A program made the translations under genes and the position numbers. Positions 19,879 through 30,586 of a stretch of 64,000 nt of DNA are shown here, one piece after another; the first letter of the stretch is position 1, and each line of letters opens with the position of its first letter. This DNA comes from Candidatus Anstonellales archaeon. GTDB taxonomy: Archaea; Micrarchaeota; Micrarchaeia; Anstonellales; J096. The stretch is from positions 32,001-96,000 of the forward strand of contig JAWACY010000002.1 of assembly GCA_038896535.1 (NCBI GenBank). The letters run 5' to 3'. The notes under the pieces are model-generated. The model saw nothing but the letters and a program-made list of their open reading frames with translations, had not been told where the DNA came from and searched no databases.

Positions 19879-22182
19879 CTATGTCTTTGCCTGTATCAAT
19901 GAAGTTTCCACCCTTTCCTTTGTTTCTTTGAATCTTGCTACTTCTTTATTAAGAAATTCAGCAAATTTTTCATTCCAGTCATTTTCTGCTTTTATGAAAT
20001 CTACAATGCCTTCCTTATCCTCATACTTTAGCATTATTCTATTTGCCAATGTATTAGCATTCAAAAAGAAATCAAGCTGTAAAAGCTCTTCTATGCCAGT
20101 TTTTATACTTGCATTATATATGTCATAGAAAACCTTTCCTTTATAAAATGCTTGTAATATGTATTGCTCTGCTGGAATGCCGGTTTCTTCTGCCCTTCTC
20201 TCAAGCAATGGAGGCAGGAACTTTATTTTCAAGTTATCTTTAACGCTTTTTATGCTGAAATTGCTGAAATCCATTATTGAAGCCTCTTTATTATCTAAGA
20301 ATAAGCAATTTACTGTTGCCTCTTCTATGCTATAACCTCTTGAAAACTCAAAGATCTTTTTAAACTGCCTTTGTTTTCTGTCGCTTTCAAACTCATAGCC
20401 CAAAACCCTGTAAGTCCTGCCCCTTCTTCCATACTTTATCTTTTTAAGGAATGTATACCTATCAGTTGCGAACATGCTTGCTCCTGGAATGCCGAATACA
20501 AGCTCGAGCCTTTCCCTTATATCATCTAAGCTCTCTGCATGTAAGTTATAGAGCAGGAAAACCCCTGGCTGTGTATTCAATAAATTAATAATGCCCTGCA
20601 TTGCAACCCTGCTTCTAACTTCATTTATTATTAATGCTGCATCGCCCATTCTTAATAATGCGTTTGCCATTGTAACAAGATCAAGCTCAGGCCCAGTTCT
20701 AACTTCCTGTTCTGAAGGAGCAACCTTTGCTGCACCTATATGAAAGCCCCTTTTTCTATAAGCCCTTACTGGTATCTCCCATATATCCTGCACTGGTATT
20801 ATCCTTCTATTTGGCCCTATTGCTGTTATTTTCGCAGCAGTAAAGCTCGTTTTTCCTACTCCTTTTACTCCTAAAACAGCTTCACTTGCTCCTAATGTTA
20901 CAGCAACATCATCAAAACCAGCAAAAAATGGAGTCATGGATTTATAAAATAAATATTGAGCATATGTAAATGGCTCTTCTGCTAATAATCTTAAAGCGCC
21001 CTGCAATTCTCCAAATGTTGCTGGCGGCCTCTGCATATGTGCTCTTAATGCCAATCTTTTTACTACAACATCAACAACAGGGTTTTTCTCATCAAACCTG
21101 CTTCCTTTTTCGCTGAATACTGCATTCAAAAATGCCCTTTCTAAAAGCTCTATTGGATATCTATAAAGTGTATGCACAATACCAAAGTTCTTATGGTCTA
21201 AATATATCGGAGCATTTTCTGCATCTATGTAAATATCTGTTACATATTTCCTATCAAGGAATATGTCTTCTAAAGGCCCGCCCATGCCAACAACCCAATT
21301 TGTTGCTTCTCTTGCCATTACTAAAGCTTGCCTTGGTGTTAAGTCAATATTCCTCTGCAAAGATTGTTCCATAAACCACTGCTTATATTGGTTTATCTTT
21401 AAACTGTAAAGCACATTCAAATCTTTACCGACCATGCTTTCTCTTAATTCATTTGCAATCAACTCCTTCAGCAATATTTTAGCTTCATTACTTAAACTTT
21501 CCATTGTCTTATTCCTCATTACATAGTAATACATGTCCTTTTCTTCATCTTCATATATCTGCACTTCTATATCAAATGGTAGGGAATAATTTGCTTTTGG
21601 CCCCTGCAATGGCTTTGCAGTCTTTGGCAGATCCATTGTCAGCATATCTATGAAAAATATTATATTTAGCCCAAGCATTGACAGGAATGCAGTTCTTAAA
21701 TTACCTGTCTTTGATACAAGTTCATACATTTTAGTCGCTGTATATCTTTTCAATATGCCCTTTACCCAAGCAAGAAATGTCAGTTGCCCTTTTAGAAACA
21801 CACCCTTTGATGGTGGTGGCTCATTATACTCTTCAAGCAATCTGGCAGCACTTAAAGGTTGTGTATAAGCCAGATCTAAGAATTTTCTTAATAGCTCTAC
21901 TCTTTTAGCATATTCAGGATCAGCAGGATTGCCATATATCTCTTTTCTTAATCTTAATGCCTCAACATTAGCAAGCACTTTTGCATATTCAACAAGTTTT
22001 GCTGTATTCTCTTCAGATAGAGTAAAGCTTATTTCTTCTTCATATATAATTTTCCTCGGAGGCGTGTCTAAAGCAACAAGATTTCTTATATGGTAATCAA
22101 TAAATTCTGGCGTAGCAAAGCCGAATGAACATTTCCCCATATCAACAATGCCTATATCTCCTTCTAATCTTACATCACACAT
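19879..22182 (-). CDS. Type II/IV secretion (VirB11/FlaI/TadA-like) ATPase with long N-terminal extension
   Basis: GPLEDIFLD..TDIYID, Walker A GVKGVGKTS, LRMGD, Walker B LIINEVR, LHAES. Confidence 0.85.
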   Translation of the reverse strand: MCDVRLEGDIGIVDMGKCSFGFATPEFIDYHIRNLVALDTPPRKIIYEEEISFTLSEENTAKLVEYAKVLANVEALRLRKEIYGNPADPEYAKRVELLRKFLDLAYTQPLSAARLLEEYNEPPPSKGVFLKGQLTFLAWVKGILKRYTATKMYELVSKTGNLRTAFLSMLGLNIIFFIDMLTMDLPKTAKPLQGPKANYSLPFDIEVQIYEDEEKDMYYYVMRNKTMESLSNEAKILLKELIANELRESMVGKDLNVLYSLKINQYKQWFMEQSLQRNIDLTPRQALVMAREATNWVVGMGGPLEDIFLDRKYVTDIYIDAENAPIYLDHKNFGIVHTLYRYPIELLERAFLNAVFSEKGSRFDEKNPVVDVVVKRLALRAHMQRPPATFGELQGALRLLAEEPFTYAQYLFYKSMTPFFAGFDDVAVTLGASEAVLGVKGVGKTSFTAAKITAIGPNRRIIPVQDIWEIPVRAYRKRGFHIGAAKVAPSEQEVRTGPELDLVTMANALLRMGDAALIINEVRSRVAMQGIINLLNTQPGVFLLYNLHAESLDDIRERLELVFGIPGASMFATDRYTFLKKIKYGRRGRTYRVLGYEFESDRKQRQFKKIFEFSRGYSIEEATVNCLFLDNKEASIMDFSNFSIKSVKDNLKIKFLPPLLERRAEETGIPAEQYILQAFYKGKVFYDIYNASIKTGIEELLQLDFFLNANTLANRIMLKYEDKEGIVDFIKAENDWNEKFAEFLNKEVARFKETKERVETSLIQAKT

Positions 22183-22738
22183 GGCCCAAACCCCTCAATA
22201 TATTTGTTGTTTTTATTATATCTGGTTTATATGCAACATTAATTTTTATTGATTTCGCATATGGCAGATGAAAAACAAGCTGGTCATAACCAAATGCAAT
22301 GATATCTGGCTTTATAAGATTCGCTGTTTCCAGTAAATTTTCAACTCCAGGAATTGCTAGGTCAACAAATTTCAAACAATTAACAAGCTCGACCCTTTCA
22401 TTTTGATTGTGGAATGGCACTCTCCCTTTTTGCTTTGCTATGTCATCTTTTGCTACAATAACAATAAGGACATCGCCAAGCTTTTTTGCTTCTTTTAATG
22501 TGAGTATATGCCCATAATGTATGACATCAAAAACGCCGCCAGTTGCTACTACTGTTATTTTTTTTCTTGCTGCTTCCTTTAACCAATATCTGCCTTTTAC
22601 AAGATTTAAATACTCATATGCCATTTCAGGTAGCTTTTCTTCTTTGCTTATACCCTTATTTTTTATTTGCATGATATAAAGCTTTTTTATTAGCTCTTTT
22701 TCATGCTTCTTTGCTTTTCCTTCATTATATGCAGGCAT
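22175..22738 (-). CDS. ribL: Cytidylyltransferase family protein, probable FAD synthase
   Basis: GGVFDVIHYGH, VIVAKD, KPDIIAFGYDQ. Confidence 0.75.
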   Translation of the reverse strand: MPAYNEGKAKKHEKELIKKLYIMQIKNKGISKEEKLPEMAYEYLNLVKGRYWLKEAARKKITVVATGGVFDVIHYGHILTLKEAKKLGDVLIVIVAKDDIAKQKGRVPFHNQNERVELVNCLKFVDLAIPGVENLLETANLIKPDIIAFGYDQLVFHLPYAKSIKINVAYKPDIIKTTNILRGLGHV

Positions 22739-22884
22739 ATATTAGATTTGTCATTATTATTTAAGAATGTTTGCTTTTTTGTTCTTGTAATTTTTTATAG
22801 AACTAATTTAAACAATGTGCAAAAATAATGTGTGAAAACGTTAGTATTTTAAATATTTATTCTTATTAGCCTTAAGGTGATAAA

Positions 22885-23499
22885 ATGGCATTGTTTGATG
22901 AAAATGTTAGAGAGCAGGTTAGGGCCTTTTTAAATAGCATGGAATCAGATGTTTTAGTAGTTTTTCACAACAAAAGCAATGAATGTGATTTCTGTCCAGA
23001 TATTCAAGAACTTTTGAAAGAGCTAAATGAAATAAACAAAAAAATCAATTTCAAAGTTTTGGATGATAGCTATGAGTTAAAGCCTGCATTGGAGATAAGG
23101 GGTAAAAATAAAGGAAAAATTGTATATTATGGCATACCATCTGGTTATGAGTTCGGGCCTTTTTTGAGTGCTTTAGTAAATGCATCAACAGGAAATGCAA
23201 AGGCCATTGATGATGAAACAAAGGCAAAAATAAAAGAAATAGATAAAGAAGTAAATATAAAGATATTTGTTACACCATCTTGCATGTATTGCCCTGCAAT
23301 AGCCCTTGCCTCATATGCATTTTCAACAATAAATGATAATATAACAACAGAAATAATAGAGGCATCAGAATTTCCTGAATTGAGTAATAAATACAAAGTA
23401 AACGCAGTGCCAAAAGTAATAATAAATGATTCAGAACAATTTGTTGGTGCAGTTTCTCCAGATGTTTTTGTTGAGAGAATAATAAAAGCTATAGGTTAA
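22885..23499 (+). CDS. Protein disulfide oxidoreductase (two thioredoxin folds)
   Basis: CDFC and CMYC motifs, GIPSGYEF, AVPK; AGGTGA SD. Confidence 0.92.
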   Translation: MALFDENVREQVRAFLNSMESDVLVVFHNKSNECDFCPDIQELLKELNEINKKINFKVLDDSYELKPALEIRGKNKGKIVYYGIPSGYEFGPFLSALVNASTGNAKAIDDETKAKIKEIDKEVNIKIFVTPSCMYCPAIALASYAFSTINDNITTEIIEASEFPELSNKYKVNAVPKVIINDSEQFVGAVSPDVFVERIIKAIG

Positions 23500-23514
23500 A
23501 GATAAAGGCTATAC

Positions 23515-23629
23515 GTTAAAGCCATTGTTATTATATCTGCCTTTATTGTATCTACGTTTTAGGATTTGCTGGAGGGGGCAGGAGATAAAGGTTAAAGGCA
23601 TTGTTATTATATCTGCCTTTATTGTATCT
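23515..23629. repeat. 39-bp direct repeat (2 copies, 1 mismatch) separated by 37 bp
   Basis: GTTAAAG(C/G)CATTGTTATTATATCTGCCTTTATTGTATCT at 23515-23553 and 23591-23629. Confidence 0.85.
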
Positions 23630-23746
23630 GCCTATTTTATTTGACCATATTTTACCATCTTTATTTGGATAATTCATTTGGATAGTTTATTTGGATAATA
23701 TATATTTAGATAATATGATTTATTCACGATTATAGTTATTCAATAT

Positions 23747-24280
23747 TTATTCAGATGGTTCTGCATAGCCAGTTTTTATCAGAATCTCTGCTTCCTCTTC
23801 CTCTATTAATACAGTGCTGCCCTCTTCAAAAGGCCCATATGATTTTTTTGTCTCCTGATTTATGTAAAGCGGGACATATTTCTTTATTTTTATCTTTTTC
23901 TTTCCATCAATATTTACTTGCTCTTTTTTTTCTTTTAACATATAGACTTGCTCTTTAAATTCATTTATATTGCTTATTACCTTTTTGCATAATGCTTTTT
24001 CTATCTCAGTTAAATTTCCAAGGTCTGCTTGCTCGCTATATGCAAGGACAAGTATTTTTCTTATTCTCTCATCTAAAAGCCTTTCAAAAGTTGCTCTTGC
24101 ACTTGAATAATCGTTATAATATAAATCTGGTTGTTGTTTTGCTTTCTTTTCTAATTCAGTTAAAAATTCTAATGCATTTTTATAAAAGTTTTCATCAAGC
24201 TTTATTATTGCATTTCCGCTTTGCATTTCTTCCCTTAAAATGTCTCTTAATTTGCTAAACGTAAGCTTTTCATTTGCCAT
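23747..24280 (-). CDS. DNA replication factor GINS (Gins51-like)
   Basis: Helical A domain (KLDENFY, ERIRKI) plus beta B domain (YGPFEEG...EAEILIKTGYAE). Confidence 0.8.
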   Translation of the reverse strand: MANEKLTFSKLRDILREEMQSGNAIIKLDENFYKNALEFLTELEKKAKQQPDLYYNDYSSARATFERLLDERIRKILVLAYSEQADLGNLTEIEKALCKKVISNINEFKEQVYMLKEKKEQVNIDGKKKIKIKKYVPLYINQETKKSYGPFEEGSTVLIEEEEAEILIKTGYAEPSE

Positions 24281-24398
24281 ATAGTTATTTGGAAAGATAT
24301 TAAAAATATGCTTTTCTTTGTGTTTTTCTTTATGTTTTTCTTTATACTTTTCCTTTTAATTTTCCTTTGTATTTCAGTTTTTTAACCTATTAACCCTA

Positions 24399-25643
24399 TT
24401 AATTTGACCTTTTTCTCAAGAATTTTTCCATTATATCAAAGCACATGTCAATCTTTTCCTTATCCGGCAAAAATACGCTTCTGAAATGGTTTTTTCCTGC
24501 AGGACCAAAACCGCTCCCATGAACAAATAATAATCCATGCGTCCTTAAAATAGAAAATACAAAGTCTTTATCATCCTTTACTACTTTGTTTTTTACAAGC
24601 GCACCAATATTCGGAAATATATAAAATGCGCCTCTTGGCCTTACATATGAAATGTCAGCTATTTCATCAAGCCTTTTCATAAAATAGTCCCTTCTTTTTC
24701 TTATTTCAAACATGAATTTTTGTTTAAATGGTTCTTTTTTCATCAAATATTGTGCTGCTCTTTGTATTGGGGCATTTGTATAAGCCCTCATTCTTGCTAT
24801 TTTTGCTACAGCATCTTTTATTTGTTCTGTTTTTTTATCAGGGTTTGCAATGTACATATACCCAAATCTCCATCCAGTGGCAAAATAGCATTTTGATATG
24901 CCATTAAAGCCAAAAACAGGCCAGTCTTTAACTATGCTGGCAAGAGAATAAAATTTCCCCTCTATGATATTATGATCATATATCTCATCTGCTATGAGCA
25001 TTAAATTTTTTTCTTTTGCTATCTTTGCTATTTCTATTAACACTTCTTTTGAATAAATACTGCCTGTAGGGTTATTTGGATTGACAATGACTATTGCTTT
25101 TGTTCTTTTATTTAATTTCCTTTTTATGTCTTCTAAATCAGGTTGCCATTCATTGCTCTCATCACATTTATAATAAACGACCTTTGCCCCAAAAAATCTT
25201 GGATAAGTAAAAAATATTGGATATGTTGGGTTTGGAACAAGTATCTCATCTCCTTTATCAAACAACGCAGCAGAAAAAATAAGAAAAACTTCTGATATGC
25301 CATTGCCTATTATTATATTCTCTGGGTCTATGCTTATGTTGTTATGCATCTTTTCCTTTTTTGCTATTGCCTCCCTTGTTTCATATTCCCCAACAGGATC
25401 TGCGTAATAGTTATGCCCTTCATAAACAGCTTTGCAAAGCCCTTTTTTTAACTCCTTTGGCACATCGAAGCCATTTTTTATTGGGTCTCCTACAGAAAAA
25501 TCAACTATCTTCTTATTCATTTTCTTTAATTTCTCTGCCTCAACAGCAACATCCCTAATAGCATATTCTGTATATTTCACTCTCTGTGCAATAAAGTTAT
25601 CAAAATTATTATTTTTAACAAGCATAAAAAGCATAGATACCAA
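24399..25643 (-). CDS. Class I/II PLP aminotransferase (alanine aminotransferase-like)
   Basis: EYAIRD, NPNNPTG, DEIYD, GISK..ATGWRFG, VHGSGFG. Confidence 0.9.
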   Translation of the reverse strand: MVSMLFMLVKNNNFDNFIAQRVKYTEYAIRDVAVEAEKLKKMNKKIVDFSVGDPIKNGFDVPKELKKGLCKAVYEGHNYYADPVGEYETREAIAKKEKMHNNISIDPENIIIGNGISEVFLIFSAALFDKGDEILVPNPTYPIFFTYPRFFGAKVVYYKCDESNEWQPDLEDIKRKLNKRTKAIVIVNPNNPTGSIYSKEVLIEIAKIAKEKNLMLIADEIYDHNIIEGKFYSLASIVKDWPVFGFNGISKCYFATGWRFGYMYIANPDKKTEQIKDAVAKIARMRAYTNAPIQRAAQYLMKKEPFKQKFMFEIRKRRDYFMKRLDEIADISYVRPRGAFYIFPNIGALVKNKVVKDDKDFVFSILRTHGLLFVHGSGFGPAGKNHFRSVFLPDKEKIDMCFDIMEKFLRKRSN

Positions 25644-25722
25644 ACATTTTTAAATGTTATTAAGCATATATTATATTAAACAAATAAGCTGATTAGAAGC
25701 TAATTATTTTTAGATTGGGATT

Positions 25723-26997
25723 ATGAATAATGAAGACATTACTTTTACTGCTTTTGGCGGAGCAAAAGAAATTGGAAGAAGTTGTTATATGCTTGAGAAA
25801 GACGGCAAAGCAATATTGTTAGATGCTGGCATAAAGGTTGTGAAAAATAATATATTAATGCCAGATATTGATAAAAATAATGAATTTGATAGCGTTATAT
25901 TAAGCCATGCACATACTGACCATGTTGGCATGCTACCATTAATAAAGTTTAATACTGCATATGCAACAAAGCCTACAAAGGAGTTATCAAAGCTTTTATG
26001 GGCTGACCAAAAAAAGTTGACTGGCTTGTTCGATAACAGGCTAATAAATGATGCTTATTCAAAAATAAAAGCAGTTGAATACAGAAAGCCATTTTCTTTA
26101 AATCATGTTTTTAAAGCAGAATTTTTTGAAGCAGGCCATATATTAGGCAGTGCAATGACATTAATAAATGATAAAATATTATATACTGGGGATTTCAATA
26201 CAAGCGCTTCTAGGATATTAAATCCAGCATTGCCTGTAAAAGCAGATGTCATTATTTTAGAAGGAACTTATTTGGGAGGGGAAAATAAATTTTTACCAAA
26301 AAAAGAGCTTATAAAACAGTTTTCATCAATTGTTAATAACGTGCTTAATAGAAATGGCTGTATTATAATTCCATGCTTTGCTATAGGAAGGGCACAAGAA
26401 ATATTGATAACACTAGAAGCTTTAATAAGGAGTGGAATTATAAAAAAAGTGCCGATATACATAGATGGCATGATAAAAAAGGCTATGAAAATATACAGGC
26501 AAAATGTTATTTATGCAAGAGAGGAAATAAAAATGCGTATATTAGCAAGCCTTGATGACCCATTCATGAATCCATTATTCAAAGTTTCAAGGCATAAAAA
26601 GAGGGCTGATATAAAAAAGCCTTGCATAATAGTAAGTACCTCTGGAATGCTTAATGGTGGGCCAATATTCCATTATTTAAATTTATTAGCAAACGATGAT
26701 AAAAATATGATCTTATTTGTTGGTTATCAAGCAGAGGGTAGCAAAGGGGCTGAAATAATAAACGGAAAAAGATTAATAGAGACAGATTATGGGGAAATAC
26801 ATATAAATGCTGAAGTTCAACAAATAAGGTTTCCTGGACATGCGCAACATGATGAGCTAATAAGATTTGTAAGAACAATAAAGCCAAAGAAAGCAATCTT
26901 TGTGCATTGTGAAAGAAATATTGAAAGCTTATTATCGAGTGAATTAAAGGACATTGAATTTATAATACCATCAATAAATGAAAATATCAAGTTATGA
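25723..26997 (+). CDS. MBL-fold beta-CASP ribonuclease without KH domains
   Basis: GGAKEIGRSC, SHAHTDH, AGHILGSA, GRAQE, SGMLNGG, GYQA, GHA. Confidence 0.9.
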   Translation: MNNEDITFTAFGGAKEIGRSCYMLEKDGKAILLDAGIKVVKNNILMPDIDKNNEFDSVILSHAHTDHVGMLPLIKFNTAYATKPTKELSKLLWADQKKLTGLFDNRLINDAYSKIKAVEYRKPFSLNHVFKAEFFEAGHILGSAMTLINDKILYTGDFNTSASRILNPALPVKADVIILEGTYLGGENKFLPKKELIKQFSSIVNNVLNRNGCIIIPCFAIGRAQEILITLEALIRSGIIKKVPIYIDGMIKKAMKIYRQNVIYAREEIKMRILASLDDPFMNPLFKVSRHKKRADIKKPCIIVSTSGMLNGGPIFHYLNLLANDDKNMILFVGYQAEGSKGAEIINGKRLIETDYGEIHINAEVQQIRFPGHAQHDELIRFVRTIKPKKAIFVHCERNIESLLSSELKDIEFIIPSINENIKL

Positions 26998-27072
26998 TGA
27001 TATTAGCTGATATTAATTTATGTTAGTATTATGTTATGTTTTTATTATTATATTGATATTGTCATATTCATA

Positions 27073-29040
27073 TTAAGGCGTGATGCCATTCCTGTATATA
27101 TCCTTATTATTCCTGTATAATGTTGCTATTTTCTTTGCGCTTATGCCAGGAAGCGTATATTCTGACATTACTGCTTGCACTCTTTGCCTCAGGCTCTCTG
27201 AATAGGTTAAGTTAATTTTTTCTTTTTCTGATACTTTTTTTATAAACTGATTCAATATAAGGCCAGTATAGTTTTCAATTGCTGTGAATGGCTTTTTACA
27301 TATGATATCTATGGCCTCAAGATTTTTATCGCTGTCAAATCTTTTTCTTATTATTGCTCTATAATAATAGGTAGCATCTTGCAATATCATATCAATAGTT
27401 TCTGACAATTCTTTTAATTTCTGCTCATTTATCTTTTCCTTTTTAGTCAATTTGTTTATTTCATAACTAAGCATGTATCTCAATGTGCATGGAATGATTT
27501 CTATCAAAAGCTGAGTCTTTATGCTTAATATCAGCATTCTGTACGCATTTGCTCTTTCCCCTGTTTCAAATTTTTCTGTTTTATCAAAATCTTTTGGGAG
27601 CAACTTTGCATGTAAGTTAGAAATTGTTAAATATGTTTTTATCAAATTTAATAAATCTCTGCTTATATTTTCAATTTCCCCATTTGTTTGTGCAGCAATT
27701 CCAGAATTTGTTAAATAACCCTTTGAATGTGTATAAAGCCCGCCTGTCCTTAACATATATTTTATTGTTTCTGAATGTTCCTTTATACCTTGCTTAAAGT
27801 CAATGCCTTTTATGAATTCCTCCAATATTTCTATAAAGCGAGCATTTATTTTTCTGCTTTCATCTAAAATAATTATTGGCACATCTATTTCCTTGCATCC
27901 ATCATAACCAGAAAGCAGTTCATCAAGCAATGCCGGGTTATTAAGCATAGCCATTATCTCATCTTTTGTTTTGCCCTCTTTTATCATATTCAATATTTTT
28001 TTCATTGTCATTTCTTTTGCTTTTTCTAATGTCGCAATATCATTATCTGTTCCTTTGCTCTTCATTATTTCATCATAAGTATGATCGAGCTTTCTCTCTT
28101 CTTTTGATTCAAGCCTTTCAAACATCGTTTCCCTTTCTAATGGGAATAATACATTTACAACTTCATTGTATAGCTTATCATTTTTATCAAAATATTTATC
28201 TACCAAATCTTTAATAAAGGCCTTAAAAGTTATCTCAAGATCATTTAATTTTATATCATTAATAAGCATGTATCTCTTAAAGTGTTCTGTCATAATGAGC
28301 ATTATTACATAATCAGACATGCCCAATGCCTTTAATCTTTTTATGATTGTTTTTGGGTATTGTATCTGATATTTTATATGCCTGTTTTCAACGCCCTTCC
28401 TTTCTATCAATGGACATTCCAAAAAAGTTTCAAGATTAAATATGCTGTATGATTTGTTAATGATATCTTTTAATTTCTTATCTCCATCCTCATTTCCCCT
28501 GCCATCTATAATTTTCAATGATAAAGCTTGATTGTGCAATTCATTTTGGTCTTTTCCAATCATGTCAAAAAAGCCGTTTGCTATCAATATGTTTTTAACT
28601 GCCTCTATAGAATATATGTAAAAGCCAAGCATATCTGTTTTTCTTCTTTTCATATAAAGCATATCAAGTAATTCTCCAACCAAGTTAGAAAATGTCAATT
28701 TATATTCATTATCATGCATGCTTGTTATTTGCTCAATTAAAAAGTCATCAGTTATAACTTCTTCAACAATGTTTTTAATATGGGGGAAAACCTGCTTTAT
28801 TGCTTCATCTTCTTTCATTTCATTTATTATTGCTTCTTTATCTTTATCCTGTTTTCCTTTCGCCTTATTTAAATACTCACTTATCAGCTCCAATAAATTT
28901 TTCTTATCTCTATCAATGTTATAAATGAGCATTAACTTTTCAGCGGTAGCTTTAACAAGTATGCTTAAATAAGGCTGTACTTGATTAACTGATAAAGTAT
29001 TTTCAAATATTTGCCAATCTCTATTATCCATATTAACCAC
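27073..29040 (-). CDS. Hypothetical helical protein, 655 aa
   Basis: Long ORF; no recognised motif. Confidence 0.75.
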   Translation of the reverse strand: MVNMDNRDWQIFENTLSVNQVQPYLSILVKATAEKLMLIYNIDRDKKNLLELISEYLNKAKGKQDKDKEAIINEMKEDEAIKQVFPHIKNIVEEVITDDFLIEQITSMHDNEYKLTFSNLVGELLDMLYMKRRKTDMLGFYIYSIEAVKNILIANGFFDMIGKDQNELHNQALSLKIIDGRGNEDGDKKLKDIINKSYSIFNLETFLECPLIERKGVENRHIKYQIQYPKTIIKRLKALGMSDYVIMLIMTEHFKRYMLINDIKLNDLEITFKAFIKDLVDKYFDKNDKLYNEVVNVLFPLERETMFERLESKEERKLDHTYDEIMKSKGTDNDIATLEKAKEMTMKKILNMIKEGKTKDEIMAMLNNPALLDELLSGYDGCKEIDVPIIILDESRKINARFIEILEEFIKGIDFKQGIKEHSETIKYMLRTGGLYTHSKGYLTNSGIAAQTNGEIENISRDLLNLIKTYLTISNLHAKLLPKDFDKTEKFETGERANAYRMLILSIKTQLLIEIIPCTLRYMLSYEINKLTKKEKINEQKLKELSETIDMILQDATYYYRAIIRKRFDSDKNLEAIDIICKKPFTAIENYTGLILNQFIKKVSEKEKINLTYSESLRQRVQAVMSEYTLPGISAKKIATLYRNNKDIYRNGITP

Positions 29041-29160
29041 AATATTATATATATTAAAACTATTTTTAAACCTAATCCTAAAACCTAATCTATGCTAATT
29101 TTTAAACCAAATCTTTAAAATGAGTTCTTGATGAAATATAACTTAAAATATAACTTAATG

Positions 29161-30084
29161 TCATTTACAATTTAATATAACTTTCCTCACTCTCCTTTTT
29201 CTTGTTATTTCAGATAAATTGCATTCCTTATTAGCGTTTCTTTTTTTGCTTTCTATTATTTCATTAACATATCTTATTGCTTTTTTAATATTTTCAATAT
29301 CATTTTCCACATTACTACTGCCAAGTATTGGTCTAAATTCAACGCTTATATTCTCTCTTTGATCTTGATGAGTTTTTAAGTCTGGCCTTAACCTTGTTAA
29401 TGTATACAGCTTATCAGGGCCTATAAAAACACTACCATCTTTAAAATATTTTGGAAATATAACCCTAGCATTATCAAGCTTTCCTCTTTTTATAAGCACT
29501 CGTTCTAGAAAAGCCCTGCATACGTTTAAATGTCTATCAAAATCTTCTAAATTATATATCTTATAAGGAAACATTAAAGGCCCCATTACTCTTGCTCTTA
29601 AAGATTGGTAATAAGCATATCTTTTCCTATAATTTATATTTGTATTATCTATGAATTCATTGGCCTTTTTATTAAGCCCATTGTAGACATCAAATGCAAT
29701 ATCTAATGCCAGCTCAAAATGTAAATGCAGGCTGTTTATACAATAAAATGATTCCAAAAGTTCAGGGAATACGAAACCAATAAAAAACTTATTATAAGAT
29801 ATAATTTCCTGCTTTTGTTGCATTGTCCATAAAATATTTATCCCTTTTCTTCTTGCCATTTCATTTATGAATTTGAATAGAGCAATTATTTTGCTATCAA
29901 TTTCATCTTCGTTTATGAATGCAATTTTAACTTCAAGTGTATTAATAGCAGTGCTTTCTTCAATCTCTGTAAATATTCCATTGTTATTATCTATTAAAAA
30001 TGACATAAAATCTCTAGCATGCAATCTGCTTAAAGGTTCGTTTTCTTTAAATAAGGAGAACTCTCTTTCTATGCTAACGCGCAT
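29161..30084 (-). CDS. Divergent glutamate-cysteine ligase family 2 / carboxylate-amine ligase-like protein
   Basis: SIEREF, LEVK, SLHLHF, RLRP and VEFRP appear in the order expected for the GCS2 fold. Confidence 0.55.
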   Translation of the reverse strand: MRVSIEREFSLFKENEPLSRLHARDFMSFLIDNNNGIFTEIEESTAINTLEVKIAFINEDEIDSKIIALFKFINEMARRKGINILWTMQQKQEIISYNKFFIGFVFPELLESFYCINSLHLHFELALDIAFDVYNGLNKKANEFIDNTNINYRKRYAYYQSLRARVMGPLMFPYKIYNLEDFDRHLNVCRAFLERVLIKRGKLDNARVIFPKYFKDGSVFIGPDKLYTLTRLRPDLKTHQDQRENISVEFRPILGSSNVENDIENIKKAIRYVNEIIESKKRNANKECNLSEITRKRRVRKVILNCK

Positions 30085-30091
30085 TTCATCA

Positions 30092-30574
30092 CTACATATT
30101 TTCTTTTTTATAAATGCCTTTATAAGGGCTTGATGCCTCTGATTCCATTTTTAAGAATACAAGCTGTGCTATCTTAGCATTTTTTGTTATTTTTATTCCA
30201 TGCTCATTAAAAACAACAAGCAATGCTTCACTCCTCCCCTCATATCCTGGATCCCATAAAGCAGTGAATATGCTGGCACCATTCCTTAATAATGAGCTTC
30301 TTGGTCTTGCTATTGCGACCATATTTAATGGTATTGAAACAATTTCGTTGAATATGATTTTATAAGCCCCCTTATCTATAAGCCTTGGCTCATCAGATAA
30401 ATGAATTTCCTCAACACCAGCAATGCTTCTTTTTTTATTATCAAAATCAATGCATCCATATCCTATAAATTTAAAAATTTGCTTTACTGTTAAATCCAAG
30501 CCTGCTGGTTGTACTTGCTCTTGTTCGCTCAATAATTGAACATGCTTTTTCGCTCTTTTTGGATGCACTATCAT
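30092..30574 (-). CDS. dut: Trimeric dUTPase / dCTP deaminase family protein
   Basis: QPAGLDL, PRSSLLR, WDPGYEGR, IAQLVF. Confidence 0.85.
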   Translation of the reverse strand: MIVHPKRAKKHVQLLSEQEQVQPAGLDLTVKQIFKFIGYGCIDFDNKKRSIAGVEEIHLSDEPRLIDKGAYKIIFNEIVSIPLNMVAIARPRSSLLRNGASIFTALWDPGYEGRSEALLVVFNEHGIKITKNAKIAQLVFLKMESEASSPYKGIYKKENM

Positions 30575-30586
30575 ATTTCTCCCTTA

